Positions 42,466 through 51,649 of a stretch of 64,000 bases of DNA are shown here, in pieces. Made by a program: the position numbers and the translations under genes. This stretch comes from an uncultured virus (IMG/VR IMGVR_UViG_3300030106_004658) (Duplodnaviria > Heunggongvirae > Uroviricota > Caudoviricetes > Crassvirales): the IMG/VR virus record IMGVR_UViG_3300030106_004658, one strand, 5' to 3'. The stretch's first letter is position 1, and each line of letters starts with the position of its first letter. The notes beneath the pieces are model-generated. The model did no database searches, was not told the DNA's origin, and worked only from the letters and a program-made list of their open reading frames with translations.

Positions 42466-42891
42466 TTATTTATTGTTATTTTGTTGTTCATTTTTCTTTG
42501 ACGACCCTCCGAAGAAGAAATCGACAACTGTATTAACCTTAGCGCTCATTGCGCCAAATATTGTTGAGACAAAACTTATCTCAAATTCACCCATGTCTAT
42601 ATCTCCTAATACGAAGTATCTAAACATCATGAAACTTAAACCGAAGTATGCTACCGTGAATAACGTTGCAAGTATTTTTTGAATAAGCGCATCGTCTTTG
42701 TACATATCACGAGCGCTCTTTCTGTCTTCGACTTCTTGTTTAAAAGCTTCTTGTTCGGCCTCGAGTAGTAATCGTTTAAGAGCAAGCTTAGCTTCATCTC
42801 TTTCTTTGTCTGTCGTAATAACTTTGTCAAGTATTCCTTCTGCATTTTCAACTACTTTGCCGAATAAGCCACCTACTATTTTTCCTATCAT
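42466..42891 (-). CDS. Holin-like membrane protein (3TM-holin type)
   Basis: LDKVITTDKERDEAK N-region, two TM helices and a C-terminal FFFGGS. Confidence 0.65.
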   Translation of the reverse strand: MIGKIVGGLFGKVVENAEGILDKVITTDKERDEAKLALKRLLLEAEQEAFKQEVEDRKSARDMYKDDALIQKILATLFTVAYFGLSFMMFRYFVLGDIDMGEFEISFVSTIFGAMSAKVNTVVDFFFGGSSKKNEQQNNNK

Positions 42892-43328
42892 CTATTATTA
42901 TCTTTTATCATATCATCGATAGACTTATTCATTACCTTATCGGTGTATGACTTGTTATTAAAAAATATACTATTTTCAGAGGTTGGTATATCCTCTTCAC
43001 CTAATAGTATTCTGTAAATTCTACTTATTAAGTGCGAACACTTAAAGGAGGTTTTGAATACAGAGTATTTGATGGTTGTTCTATTTCTGTGTCTCCACGT
43101 TTCTATCCAACCATTCCTCCTTAATTTTTCCCAACGGTTTTTATCCCAACTCATGGTATATGTTCCGTCAATAAATTCTTGACGCGTAAATCTTCCTTTA
43201 CAATCTAAATAAATAAGAAGTTCTAAATCAGCGTCTGTCAACCCGTAAGTTTTACAGGCCCATTTTCTAACGAGCCTGTAATACTTAAGGATTTGTAAAT
43301 CACGTAAATCGTGACTTGTTAATCGCAT
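42888..43328 (-). CDS. Winged-helix-like protein
   Basis: YGLTDADLELLIYL...KLRRNGWI, MarR-like pattern. Confidence 0.5.
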   Translation of the reverse strand: MRLTSHDLRDLQILKYYRLVRKWACKTYGLTDADLELLIYLDCKGRFTRQEFIDGTYTMSWDKNRWEKLRRNGWIETWRHRNRTTIKYSVFKTSFKCSHLISRIYRILLGEEDIPTSENSIFFNNKSYTDKVMNKSIDDMIKDNNR

Positions 43329-43697
43329 CTATACTTGTGAAGCCACAGTAACACCAGCAACAGCCGTGATATCTGAAGTTAAATAAGTACCAGTTACATC
43401 ATCAGCAATAACAGTAATACCCTCATCATGAGGACCATTGTTAGTTGCTTCCGCTAAAGCTCTCATAATTTCTTTTCTCTTAGCTGTAGCAACAGTTAAT
43501 TGAACAGTATCGTTTATGATAGCACCAGGTATACCTCCAGTTTCGCTTAATTGCGGCTTAAAGTATATATCTACTGTTGTATCAGAAGCAGCTTGAAAAC
43601 CAGTTATGTTTTCAACTGGAACCATTATTGAATCACCTGTAACAGAGTCATCATCACCAATTGCAGATGGATTTCTAAAATACCAAAATCTTTTCAT
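43329..43697 (-). CDS. Putative virion protein, paralog of 43731-44480
   Basis: Shared YF...DD...P..N..G and V(I/V)ADD.T motifs. Confidence 0.55.
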   Translation of the reverse strand: MKRFWYFRNPSAIGDDDSVTGDSIMVPVENITGFQAASDTTVDIYFKPQLSETGGIPGAIINDTVQLTVATAKRKEIMRALAEATNNGPHDEGITVIADDVTGTYLTSDITAVAGVTVASQV

Positions 43698-43730
43698 TGT
43701 TTTATATTTTTAAAATTTATACTCTATTTA

Positions 43731-44480
43731 TTATCCTGCCACAGTAATTGCAGACTCAGTGCCATTAGCAACCCATTGACTACCTACCCAATTTGTTGCC
43801 GATGAGCAATAAAGCCTTACTAAACTAACGCCAGCAGCAATATCTGATTCAGCAGTACCACCAGTACCACCGTTGATTCCAACACTACCAGGAGCTGATG
43901 ATCTAATTTCAAATCCAGTTGAATCACCAACTGTATTTAACCACACTGTAGTTCCAGGAACTGGAGCCGGTAAAGTTACTATATGATTTGCATCACTATC
44001 AGCATTTACAGTGTAAAAACCTCCACCAGGTATAACACCGGTTCCAGTACCATCATCGGTAGCTGTAATAGTACCATTACTAGCAGCAGCAACATCAATA
44101 GTTCCACAAGCTGAAATTTTTCCAGTTTCTTGACCAGACATATACTCTGTAGTAGCTGATCCAGCAGCGCCACCAACAATTGTTGTTAAATCATCAGCTA
44201 CTACCTTGAATCCACCAAAAGTAGGTCTAGTATCGTTAATTGCTCTTAAAATTGTTTTCATAACATCTAAATGCGTATTGTTAGCACTTAGTGTTAGTAA
44301 TACAGTATCTGTTGCAGCCGAAGTATGATTTCTCATACTTTTGAATTGTAGTTGTAAAACACCATTCGCTTGTGGCACCATACCAACTAGATTCTTAGCA
44401 GGAAAACAACAGTTAGTTGATGCGCCTACGCTATCGTCATCAGCCTCTGTATTAAAATATAACCAAACATTTTTTTCCAT
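43731..44480 (-). CDS. Putative virion protein
   Basis: N-terminal domain paralogous to 43329-43697, plus a G/T-rich C-terminal domain. Confidence 0.55.
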   Translation of the reverse strand: MEKNVWLYFNTEADDDSVGASTNCCFPAKNLVGMVPQANGVLQLQFKSMRNHTSAATDTVLLTLSANNTHLDVMKTILRAINDTRPTFGGFKVVADDLTTIVGGAAGSATTEYMSGQETGKISACGTIDVAAASNGTITATDDGTGTGVIPGGGFYTVNADSDANHIVTLPAPVPGTTVWLNTVGDSTGFEIRSSAPGSVGINGGTGGTAESDIAAGVSLVRLYCSSATNWVGSQWVANGTESAITVAG

Positions 44481-44596
44481 TTGTTAAATTTTTTAATGAT
44501 TAATAATTAATTTATGATTCTAAGTTTATTGTTTACGGTTTATAGTTTATGTATAATCTACTTTAATAGATATTACATACTTTTTATAAATAGTAA

Positions 44597-44854
44597 CTAT
44601 TCTACTAGTACTATGTCTCTCATGCGTATAACCTTGTATAGTTTGTCGTTATAACCTATATCGTGTCCTGCGTGCTTGTCATAAAAAATACTATTACCTT
44701 CTTTTACTCCTTCAACTAAATTTCCTACTGAAATTATATTAGCTTTTTTATAACGATTTGATTCATCTGTTTCATCTGTTAGTATTAGACCACTAACTTT
44801 TTTAGGTTCTTCTTTTATTATGTCTATTATAACATAATCATTAACTGCTTGCAT
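44597..44854 (-). CDS. groS: Co-chaperonin GroES
   Basis: VSGLIL mobile loop, ISVG...VKEG...YDKHAG. Confidence 0.85.
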   Translation of the reverse strand: MQAVNDYVIIDIIKEEPKKVSGLILTDETDESNRYKKANIISVGNLVEGVKEGNSIFYDKHAGHDIGYNDKLYKVIRMRDIVLVE

Positions 44855-46409
44855 TTTCTATTCTAATATTTGAAATTACACAATCTGCTGACATAACGGT
44901 TAAAGCTACACTTACAGCATTTTTAAGTGCGGACTTAGTTACAAGTACTGGATCAATAATACCTTCACGAATCATATTAGGAAAAGTTCCATTAACCACA
45001 TTACACCCATAACCCTCTTTTAAATTACTAGGATTCATAGTTAAACCAGCATTGTTCATTATAGTTTCATATGGAGCAGATAAAGCTTCTAATAATACTT
45101 TACCGGCTGGTCCGGTCGAAATTTTTTGAGATGCGTTTAACAACGCTATTCCACCTCCTGGTACTATACCTTCTTGTAATGCGGCTTTAGTAGCGTATAT
45201 AGCATCTTCAACTCTATCTTTCTTTTCTTTTAATTCAACTTTAGAACCAGCACCCACCTTAACTATACCAACGCTTCCAGATAATGTTGCTAAACGTTGC
45301 TCTAATTTATTTTTAATAAAACCATCTTTTTCTTTAGCTAACTTACTATTTAATTCATCTATTCTATTTTCAATACCGTCTGTCATTCCTTCTAGTGTTA
45401 ACACAGTGTGTTTATTATCTGTTACAGCAAGCTCAGCTTCACCTAAATGTTCAGGCTTCATAAGATCTAAATCATCACCTAGTTCTTCATTAAGTACTGT
45501 TGCACCTGTTAGTATAGCTAAATCTTCAGTAGCATCTTTTTTAGTAGAACCAAAGCCTGGTAAGTCAACTATATTAACTTTAATATTACCTTTTACTTTA
45601 TTCATCATTAAAGCAGCTTTAACCTGTTGGGCCACTGGTGCTACTATTAGTAAAGATCTATTAGATTTTATAACATGTTCTAATATTGATTGTATTTTAC
45701 GTATATTAGGTATTTCAGATGAACATATAAATACTAAAGGATTATCTAGTTCACATATATGTTTTTCTGTATTAGTAACAAAATGAGGTGAAGTTAACCC
45801 GCAGTCTATCTGTACACCGTCTACTACTTCAACGTAAGTATCTTCTGTTGGACTTTCTTCCATTAATACAACTCCGTTTTTACCTACTTTTTCGTAAGCT
45901 TCAGATATTATAGTTCCAAGTTCTTTATCATTGTTACACGATATAGAACTAACAGACTCTAACATATCACCTTCAACATCTATAGATATATTATTAAGAT
46001 ACTTAATAACATCTTCTAGTGTTTCATTTACTCCATCTTTAATTTCTCTGATTGTAAGACCATCTGCGACCGCAGTGTCTATTTGTTTGATTAGTGCTTC
46101 TGCTAGCACTGTAGCTGTTGTAGTTCCATCACCAGCTTCTTTAACTGTGTTTCTGGCAGCTTCTTTTATGAGTGTTGCACCCATATTTTCAACCGGATCA
46201 TATAAGACTACGCTTTCCGCAACGGTTACACCATCTTTTGTTATGACCGGTTTGCCTCTCCCATCTTCATAGATGACACATTTTCCAGACGCACCTAATG
46301 TAGATTTAACGGCTTGGGCTAATTTATTTACTCCGTTTATTACTTTGTCTTTAGCTTCACCTCCAAATGCGAGGTCCTTCACCAATTCACTTGGTAAGTT
46401 ATATTCCAT
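44841..46409 (-). CDS. groL: Chaperonin GroEL
   Basis: [29 protein letters not shown] and GIIDP motifs. Confidence 0.95.
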   Translation of the reverse strand: MEYNLPSELVKDLAFGGEAKDKVINGVNKLAQAVKSTLGASGKCVIYEDGRGKPVITKDGVTVAESVVLYDPVENMGATLIKEAARNTVKEAGDGTTTATVLAEALIKQIDTAVADGLTIREIKDGVNETLEDVIKYLNNISIDVEGDMLESVSSISCNNDKELGTIISEAYEKVGKNGVVLMEESPTEDTYVEVVDGVQIDCGLTSPHFVTNTEKHICELDNPLVFICSSEIPNIRKIQSILEHVIKSNRSLLIVAPVAQQVKAALMMNKVKGNIKVNIVDLPGFGSTKKDATEDLAILTGATVLNEELGDDLDLMKPEHLGEAELAVTDNKHTVLTLEGMTDGIENRIDELNSKLAKEKDGFIKNKLEQRLATLSGSVGIVKVGAGSKVELKEKKDRVEDAIYATKAALQEGIVPGGGIALLNASQKISTGPAGKVLLEALSAPYETIMNNAGLTMNPSNLKEGYGCNVVNGTFPNMIREGIIDPVLVTKSALKNAVSVALTVMSADCVISNIRIENASS

Positions 46410-46456
46410 GGTATTATATTTTATTAAATTAAATTGTCTGTAGGTATTATCACCTA

Positions 46457-46696
46457 CTATTGTTTATTTTTAGCCTTTTGCAATCTTACTAAGGCTGCTT
46501 GATTTTCTTGTAAAGCTTTTTTAAATTTATTTTGTATTTCTGTAGAATATTTAGGATTATTCATATCCTCTTTTAACCGCTTTATGTCGTGTTTTATTTC
46601 CTCGATTTGAGTTCTTCCAGAAACCTCATCTCCATCAGTTGTAGAATTGTCTTGTCTCTGTGTAAATGCAGAGAACCCCTTCATTTTAAAAGCCAC
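46457..46696 (-). CDS. Small protein with MAFKMK N-terminus
   Basis: ORF track; GTG start. Confidence 0.6.
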   Translation of the reverse strand: MAFKMKGFSAFTQRQDNSTTDGDEVSGRTQIEEIKHDIKRLKEDMNNPKYSTEIQNKFKKALQENQAALVRLQKAKNKQ

Positions 46697-46959
46697 TATA
46701 CGAAAGAATCTAATTCATCACCAGACATACCAAAATCCTTCATAAGTTTATTAGCTATTGATTTACCTCTATTAGAGTTCATTGGATCTTTCATTTTAGA
46801 AAGTTGATCTAGTAGTTGCTTTTTAATTTTAGGATCTTTTTTCATAAAACCTGAGCCTTGTTTTGGCATAACACCTTGTTCTTCCATCATATTTTCATCG
46901 GTACCAGTGCCTGCTCCAAAATTCATTCCACCTAGTTTAAAACCACTTCTTTTTTTCAT
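46696..46959 (-). CDS. Small K/M-rich protein
   Basis: ORF track; GFKLGG near the N-terminus. Confidence 0.55.
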   Translation of the reverse strand: MKKRSGFKLGGMNFGAGTGTDENMMEEQGVMPKQGSGFMKKDPKIKKQLLDQLSKMKDPMNSNRGKSIANKLMKDFGMSGDELDSFV

Positions 46960-46975
46960 TGTATTTTTTTTTGAA

Positions 46976-47350
46976 TTATTTTACTCTTTTTTCAGCTTCT
47001 ATTGCTTCTGCTTCCCAAGGGTGGTTAGCATGACCTTCTGGCCAACGACCATTTGGACCGTCAATAACGTCAACACCATTTTCTGTTTTTCTAGAATATA
47101 TATTACCTTCCCACATAACCCAGTTATCTCCATAAGCCGCTCTACCTTCTTCCATTTGTTTTATATGTGCCATTTCATGAGCAATAACTCTTCTACCTAA
47201 CCTACTATTCATATCTATAGACGGATCTACATCAATAGACCCGTCCATATTAGCTTGAGCTATAGCACCTTCTCCAGGATCACCTCTTTTAATTAAGACA
47301 TTGTTGGAGTTTTTTATATTTCTTTTTTCACTTCCTAGTTTAAACGCCAT
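46976..47350 (-). CDS. Small zincin metallopeptidase-like protein with MAFKL N-terminus
   Basis: IAHEMAH plus a downstream PWEAEA third-ligand motif. Confidence 0.75.
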   Translation of the reverse strand: MAFKLGSEKRNIKNSNNVLIKRGDPGEGAIAQANMDGSIDVDPSIDMNSRLGRRVIAHEMAHIKQMEEGRAAYGDNWVMWEGNIYSRKTENGVDVIDGPNGRWPEGHANHPWEAEAIEAEKRVK

Positions 47351-47354
47351 AATA

Positions 47355-47570
47355 CTACTCTTCTTCTTCGTCGTCTTTATCTTTATTTATAAAATCAGTT
47401 GCAAGATCGGATGCCTCATCACCTATCTTACTATACATGTCTACTTTAGCCTTATCACCTATTCCAAAAACAGTTTCAGTTGCTTCTTTTTGACCTCTAA
47501 TTAAGGCTTCATCTGCTTCTGTTTTCTTAAAAGGAAAACTACTTTTGTTATATTTCATTTTAAAGGCCAT
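47355..47570 (-). CDS. Small protein with MAFKMK N-terminus and acidic tail
   Basis: ORF track. Confidence 0.6.
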   Translation of the reverse strand: MAFKMKYNKSSFPFKKTEADEALIRGQKEATETVFGIGDKAKVDMYSKIGDEASDLATDFINKDKDDEEEE

Positions 47571-47572
47571 AA

Positions 47573-47809
47573 TTATCTACTTTGCTTTGCCATGTCTTCA
47601 CCTTCTTTAGTAACACGATTTGAGTACATGAAGTCTTTACTAGGTTCCATTGATGTAAATTGATCTTTAACTTTTTTAACAATATTTTTAACTCTTTGTT
47701 TAAACTTACTAGTTTTTTTAACGCTTCCTTGCTGTTCTTCTTTTTTAAACGCTCCTGGAAAATTTTTTTTCATAGGCCCTTCTTTGCCTGCTTTCATTTT
47801 AAATGCCAT
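47573..47809 (-). CDS. Small basic protein with MAFKMK N-terminus
   Basis: ORF track. Confidence 0.6.
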   Translation of the reverse strand: MAFKMKAGKEGPMKKNFPGAFKKEEQQGSVKKTSKFKQRVKNIVKKVKDQFTSMEPSKDFMYSNRVTKEGEDMAKQSR

Positions 47810-47817
47810 AATTTTGT

Positions 47818-48104
47818 TTATTTAAAAGTTTTGACCACTTTTGGGCCCTTAATATAGTCTAATTTTTTGCTAAAATGCTCAACACTGCCTTCAATTGCAG
47901 CTTCTGCACCCTCTATTGTCTCTCTTCTTGTAACATCTACCCATCTTTCTTCGTTATTTATGTCATTTACCTCTGTTTGGTAGTAACCGTTAGGTAGTTG
48001 TGTAATTCTCCAGTTCTTTTTAGTAGCTAAATGTTTCCATTCTGCTATTGNNNNNNNNNNGGTTCTGTAGTACTTGTAGTACTTTTATAGTATAAGTATG
48101 TCAT
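47818..48104 (-). CDS. Hypothetical protein spanning an N-gap (MTYLYY...WRITQLPNGYYQTE...GPKVVKTFK)
   Basis: Manually translated on both sides of the gap at 48051-48060. Confidence 0.55.
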
Positions 48105-48154
48105 TGTTTTTGGTTTTTTTAATTAATTGGTATAAGGATTTTCCTTATTCTATT

Positions 48155-48673
48155 TTATCCTCTGTCAAATCTCCAGTATTCTAGTTTAGGTGTACCAGCA
48201 CTAGCTTCAACGTATATATCACCTATATAATCAAATGGAAAAAATGCAAATTCTCCTGGATTTAACGTAAAAGATCTAAGCGATTGATGAGTTGGATTAT
48301 CTAATGATGTTGTAGTTGTAGCAGAGTCATTAGGAGCAGTAGGTGTTGCACTGTTACCAGCGTTAACTATAGCTACTAGTATTTTATTTGTTCCTGATGT
48401 TTCAGTGTTTTTCATGTAAATGTGGCAACCTATACTGCCTGGAGTAAATCCAGATGTCGTCAATCCTGTTATAACACTGCCATCTAATATTTTTGCATTA
48501 GAAGTTGAACATGTTATTAGTTGTTGATCTACTAAATCAACTGTTAATCTACCGCTTGCGTCAGCATTAGGTGTTGTTGATAAGTTTAGCGTCCATGATA
48601 ATGGTCCAGGATCAACTGTTGCTGAAGCAGCATTAGATGATAAATTGAATGTTGGCTTTATATAATTAGGCAT
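48155..48673 (-). CDS. Putative virion protein, tandem paralog 2
   Basis: IKPT...GPLS...LxPGEFAxFPxD shared with 48693-49139. Confidence 0.6.
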   Translation of the reverse strand: MPNYIKPTFNLSSNAASATVDPGPLSWTLNLSTTPNADASGRLTVDLVDQQLITCSTSNAKILDGSVITGLTTSGFTPGSIGCHIYMKNTETSGTNKILVAIVNAGNSATPTAPNDSATTTTSLDNPTHQSLRSFTLNPGEFAFFPFDYIGDIYVEASAGTPKLEYWRFDRG

Positions 48674-48692
48674 GTTATATTATTTTTATTTA

Positions 48693-49139
48693 TTATTGAG
48701 TTCTAGTAAATACCCATGATTCAAGACCATTTGTTGCTGTAGATGATCCTACAACATCTACGAGTATATCAGCTGTAAAATCCCATGGAAACCACGCAAA
48801 CTCTCCTGGTTTTAAAGTCATTAGCCTTTTAGCTTCTCCAGCGCCTTCAAGTGCGGCTGCAGCGCCAAAACCAATTATGATATCAATAGTAGCATGCAGG
48901 TTACTAATATAAACAAAACCGCCGTCCGTACCAGCTGTTTCTGTGCCATCAGTAAAATCAGCATCGTCCCATAGAACTTGGTCATCTGCGTTTGTTGGTG
49001 AAATTATCTTAGTTTGTACAGCTGTAACATCTAAAGAATCTGTAGCTGATAGTGCTAAAGCTATACTTAATGGTCCAGCGTCTGTTGAAGCTGTACTTGC
49101 GTTTGCTGTTACTGATATAGTTGGTTTAATTATTCCCAT
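48693..49139 (-). CDS. Putative virion protein, tandem paralog 1; first gene of the late arm
   Basis: Shares motifs with 48155-48673. Confidence 0.6.
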   Translation of the reverse strand: MGIIKPTISVTANASTASTDAGPLSIALALSATDSLDVTAVQTKIISPTNADDQVLWDDADFTDGTETAGTDGGFVYISNLHATIDIIIGFGAAAALEGAGEAKRLMTLKPGEFAWFPWDFTADILVDVVGSSTATNGLESWVFTRTQ

Positions 49140-49258
49140 CTTATTTTTATTTTTAAGCTTATTATTAATACGACACCTTGTCGTTCTTCTACAAAAAAGA
49201 TAATTACATAGTGTTTGCTATATTTACTCCCGTATTATAAATATTGGAGTAATGTGTA

Positions 49259-49330
49259 CCCCCTACCCCCTAGAGGCCACCCCCTCCCTGGAAATCCACT
49301 TTATTTTCCCCGGCCCCCATATATACCCCC
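49259..49330. other. C-run cluster at the strand switch
   Basis: Seven runs of 3-5 C in 72 bp of an AT-rich genome. Confidence 0.7.
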
Positions 49331-49377
49331 AATATTCGTCATTTCGTTTACCATTTCCATTTATTTATATTTCACTC

Positions 49378-49409
49378 ACACACTTAATACGATACCATTT
49401 AGATAATAT
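49378..49409 (+). promoter_or_regulatory. Early promoter-like motif, copy 1
   Basis: ACACACT-TAATACGA-N8-AGATAATAT. Confidence 0.7.
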
Positions 49410-49451
49410 AAATATAAGAATAATTAATATAATAATAATAATAATATAAAT

Positions 49452-49483
49452 ACAGAATAAATACGAAGTAATAAAGATAATAT
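49452..49483 (+). promoter_or_regulatory. Early promoter-like motif, copy 2
   Basis: ACAGAAT-AAATACGA-N8-AGATAATAT, upstream of 49521. Confidence 0.75.
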
Positions 49484-49520
49484 AATAAACGAAGTTAATA
49501 ACTAATTAAATATAATTGAT

Positions 49521-49739
49521 ATGACATTAAAAAGATTTGTAATAAGAAAGTCCTTAATAGGCAAGAACGAAGTAATAACATTCACAAACAAAAAAGGTGA
49601 AGTAGTAAAGTATAATCACGACGATGTGTATAACACTCACAAAGAAAGATTCGAAAGCATGAACTGTTTCGCTAAATACAAGTCGTATACTAATACTAAT
49701 TGTATGCCAGCTTTCTGCCGAGATATGAAGATTCAGTAG
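49521..49739 (+). CDS. First early protein, paralog of 50359-50589
   Basis: KRFV.R.SL.GKN...YNHD.V...ESM.C.AKYKSYT shared. Confidence 0.75.
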   Translation: MTLKRFVIRKSLIGKNEVITFTNKKGEVVKYNHDDVYNTHKERFESMNCFAKYKSYTNTNCMPAFCRDMKIQ

Positions 49740-49758
49740 TATCTCGCACAAAATAAAG

Positions 49759-49809
49759 TGTGACAATTGCCTGTTACTTATACTTTAGTATTAAATAGCT
49801 AATGTCACA
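49759..49809. repeat. Inverted-repeat element A (TGTGACA...AGCTAATGTCACA)
   Basis: Same architecture at 56288-56334. Confidence 0.65.
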
Positions 49810-49893
49810 GTTTTTAAAAAGTAATTGTGAGTAAAGAGAAGTGGCGGAGTAACTGTTACTAATTATAAACAATAAAACGAAACTACTACTTTT

Positions 49894-49925
49894 ACAAACT
49901 AAATACGAACAAGCAAAGATAATAT
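49894..49925 (+). promoter_or_regulatory. Early promoter-like motif, copy 3
   Basis: ACAAACT-AAATACGA-N8-AGATAATAT; ATG at 49932. Confidence 0.75.
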
Positions 49926-49931
49926 AGATAT

Positions 49932-50297
49932 ATGGAATTTATAATAATAATAACAATGTGGACAATAGTAAAAATCGCTGAGAAATTAGCTAAAATTGAA
50001 GAAAAATGATAGATTTAAAAACACTAGACTTACAACAACTAAATTTAGTTCTTCACAACATGAAAATATATAATGTAAGTAAAGATAAACAAAATAAAGT
50101 AATTGAAGAAATTAATAAACGTAATAAATAAAAGAGTGTGAAGTATGATAATAAACTGTAAGAAATGTGGAAAAGATATTGGTGACAATGTCACTCAAAT
50201 GTGGATAAATGAATTAATCTTAAGTGGTAAAACATATATCAACTCTGATGGTACTCAAGCGAAGTATCAAGAAATAAGCAAATTGTGCGAATGTTAA
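49932..50297 (+). CDS. Cluster of three tiny early ORFs (~25, ~40 and ~50 aa; the last has CxxC...CxC)
   Basis: Manual translation; below the ORF-track cutoff; directly after a promoter copy. Confidence 0.45.
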
Positions 50298-50298
50298 C

Positions 50299-50330
50299 AC
50301 AAAATAAATACGAACAAGTGTAGATAATAT
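50299..50330 (+). promoter_or_regulatory. Early promoter-like motif, copy 4
   Basis: ACAAAAT-AAATACGA-N8-AGATAATAT. Confidence 0.75.
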
Positions 50331-50358
50331 AAATGTAAACTAAATAAAATATATAATT

Positions 50359-50589
50359 ATGGCAAATGTAATAAATAGTAAGAGATTTGTAGTAAGACAA
50401 TCTCTAGTCGGTAAAAACACGACTATAAATGTAGAGTTCAAAAATGGTAAAACAGCAACTTATAATCATGACAAAGTGTTCTCACTAATGAAAGACAAGT
50501 TAGAATCAATGGCATGTTGGGCAAAGTACAAGTCGTACACATCAAGCAATAACCTACCATTATCGGTAAGAAATGAAGATATTGCCTAA
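50359..50589 (+). CDS. Early protein, paralog of 49521-49739
   Basis: Visible sequence similarity. Confidence 0.75.
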   Translation: MANVINSKRFVVRQSLVGKNTTINVEFKNGKTATYNHDKVFSLMKDKLESMACWAKYKSYTSSNNLPLSVRNEDIA

Positions 50590-50762
50590 TGCGGAAGTTC
50601 GACCACTGGAAGACACTTAAAATAGCGTTTGATATAGTCTACGTAGTGTCTTTCATCGCACTAATAAGCTTTGCTTTTAGTGTAGCAAAAGAATCACAAA
50701 TAGAATATAATATAGTTGAGCAACAACAAATAGATTGTATGAATTGTGACGAAATAGATTAA
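50589..50762 (+). CDS. 57-aa single-TM early protein
   Basis: Manual translation; start overlaps the previous stop. Confidence 0.5.
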   Translation: MRKFDHWKTLKIAFDIVYVVSFIALISFAFSVAKESQIEYNIVEQQQIDCMNCDEID

Positions 50763-50857
50763 GTTATATAAACTGTTAGCGAAGTGCTTATTAACTAACA
50801 GTAACTTGAGACGTAGTTCCACTTGTTTAGCGTCTTATAAAAAATGCGAATGAGTAA

Positions 50858-50898
50858 GGTAATAAAGGTTTAAGTGGGTTCGATTCCCACCATTACCA
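50858..50898 (+). ncRNA. tRNA-like minihelix (acceptor stem plus T-arm only)
   Basis: GGTAAT pairs with ATTACC; GTGGG-TTCGATT-CCCAC T-arm; only ~9 nt where the D and anticodon arms would be. Confidence 0.45.
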
Positions 50899-50914
50899 CT
50901 AAAATAATAACGAT

Positions 50915-51175
50915 ATGAAAAAGAAATTTATAATAATTGGACTGGCGATGAGTGGATTCGCTTTAAGTCAAAATAATTGCCCAAATGTAGAAGATATTTC
51001 TTGGGTTTTAGGTGATGAGAATAAAAAATACGTGGTTTCTTTATTAGATTCTGAGATGTATTGCGATGAATTAGACGTTTCGGTAAAACGAGATACGTTT
51101 ATAGTAAACAAAAACTATCCATTATATCACTTAATTGATGAAACTGAGTGGGAAGAATCTTGTAAAGATAAATAG
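50915..51175 (+). CDS. Small exported early protein
   Basis: Signal-peptide-like N-terminus. Confidence 0.55.
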   Translation: MKKKFIIIGLAMSGFALSQNNCPNVEDISWVLGDENKKYVVSLLDSEMYCDELDVSVKRDTFIVNKNYPLYHLIDETEWEESCKDK

Positions 51176-51176
51176 T

Positions 51177-51473
51177 ATGAATGTAAATATAGAAATAATA
51201 ATGAATAACACTTACGGAGTGTTAACAAACCGAATCTCTGTTGAAGAAATACTTGAACAATATGTCGATGGTAAGTTAGAAACAATGGGTGATGCTATGT
51301 TTTATGGTAATCCTTACGAAATGACTAACGAAGATATTGACGAGGTAATAGAATTTTTTGAGAATACAGAAGAGTACGAAAAGTGTAGTGAGCTTGTTGA
51401 AGCTAAGAAATACATAGATTTTGACAAGTTTCTACACAAATTAGGAGTAATTAACGGAGTAACTAACATATAA
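51177..51473 (+). CDS. Acidic protein with UVR-like motif
   Basis: FENTEEYEKCSEL; likely start 51177. Confidence 0.55.
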   Translation: MNVNIEIIMNNTYGVLTNRISVEEILEQYVDGKLETMGDAMFYGNPYEMTNEDIDEVIEFFENTEEYEKCSELVEAKKYIDFDKFLHKLGVINGVTNI

Positions 51474-51483
51474 ATATAAAATT

Positions 51484-51648
51484 ATGCCTTATTTAAGTAA
51501 AAATATAGACGGACTAGTATACTCAGAAGAGTTTGGCGGATGGATAGATGAGCAAGAAATGCACAATTCTAACGAAGAATATGACCAAGAACAACGAGAG
51601 TATTATGAACTAGAAGACTTAGTAGACTACCATATCTACATAAAGTAA
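51484..51648 (+). CDS. 54-aa acidic early protein
   Basis: Manual translation. Confidence 0.5.
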   Translation: MPYLSKNIDGLVYSEEFGGWIDEQEMHNSNEEYDQEQREYYELEDLVDYHIYIK

Positions 51649-51649
51649 T

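Noticed and set aside
894..47857. Many plus-strand ORFs opposite the late genes (e.g. 1089-1706, 9422-9898, 45406-46272)
   Set aside because: They are antisense shadows of well-supported minus-strand genes and have no motifs of their own
49378..49409. TAATACGA as a T7-type promoter
   Set aside because: Only the first 8 bp match, CTCACTATAG is absent, and no single-subunit RNAP is in the window
49215..49449. ORFs across the C-rich tract
   Set aside because: Pro/Ile-rich translations of low-complexity regulatory DNA
49759..49809. CRP site (TGTGA...TCACA)
   Set aside because: The half-sites are about 40 bp apart rather than 6 bp
50858..50898. attP site derived from a tRNA 3' end
   Set aside because: No integrase in the window, and the 5' acceptor strand is also present; not fully excluded
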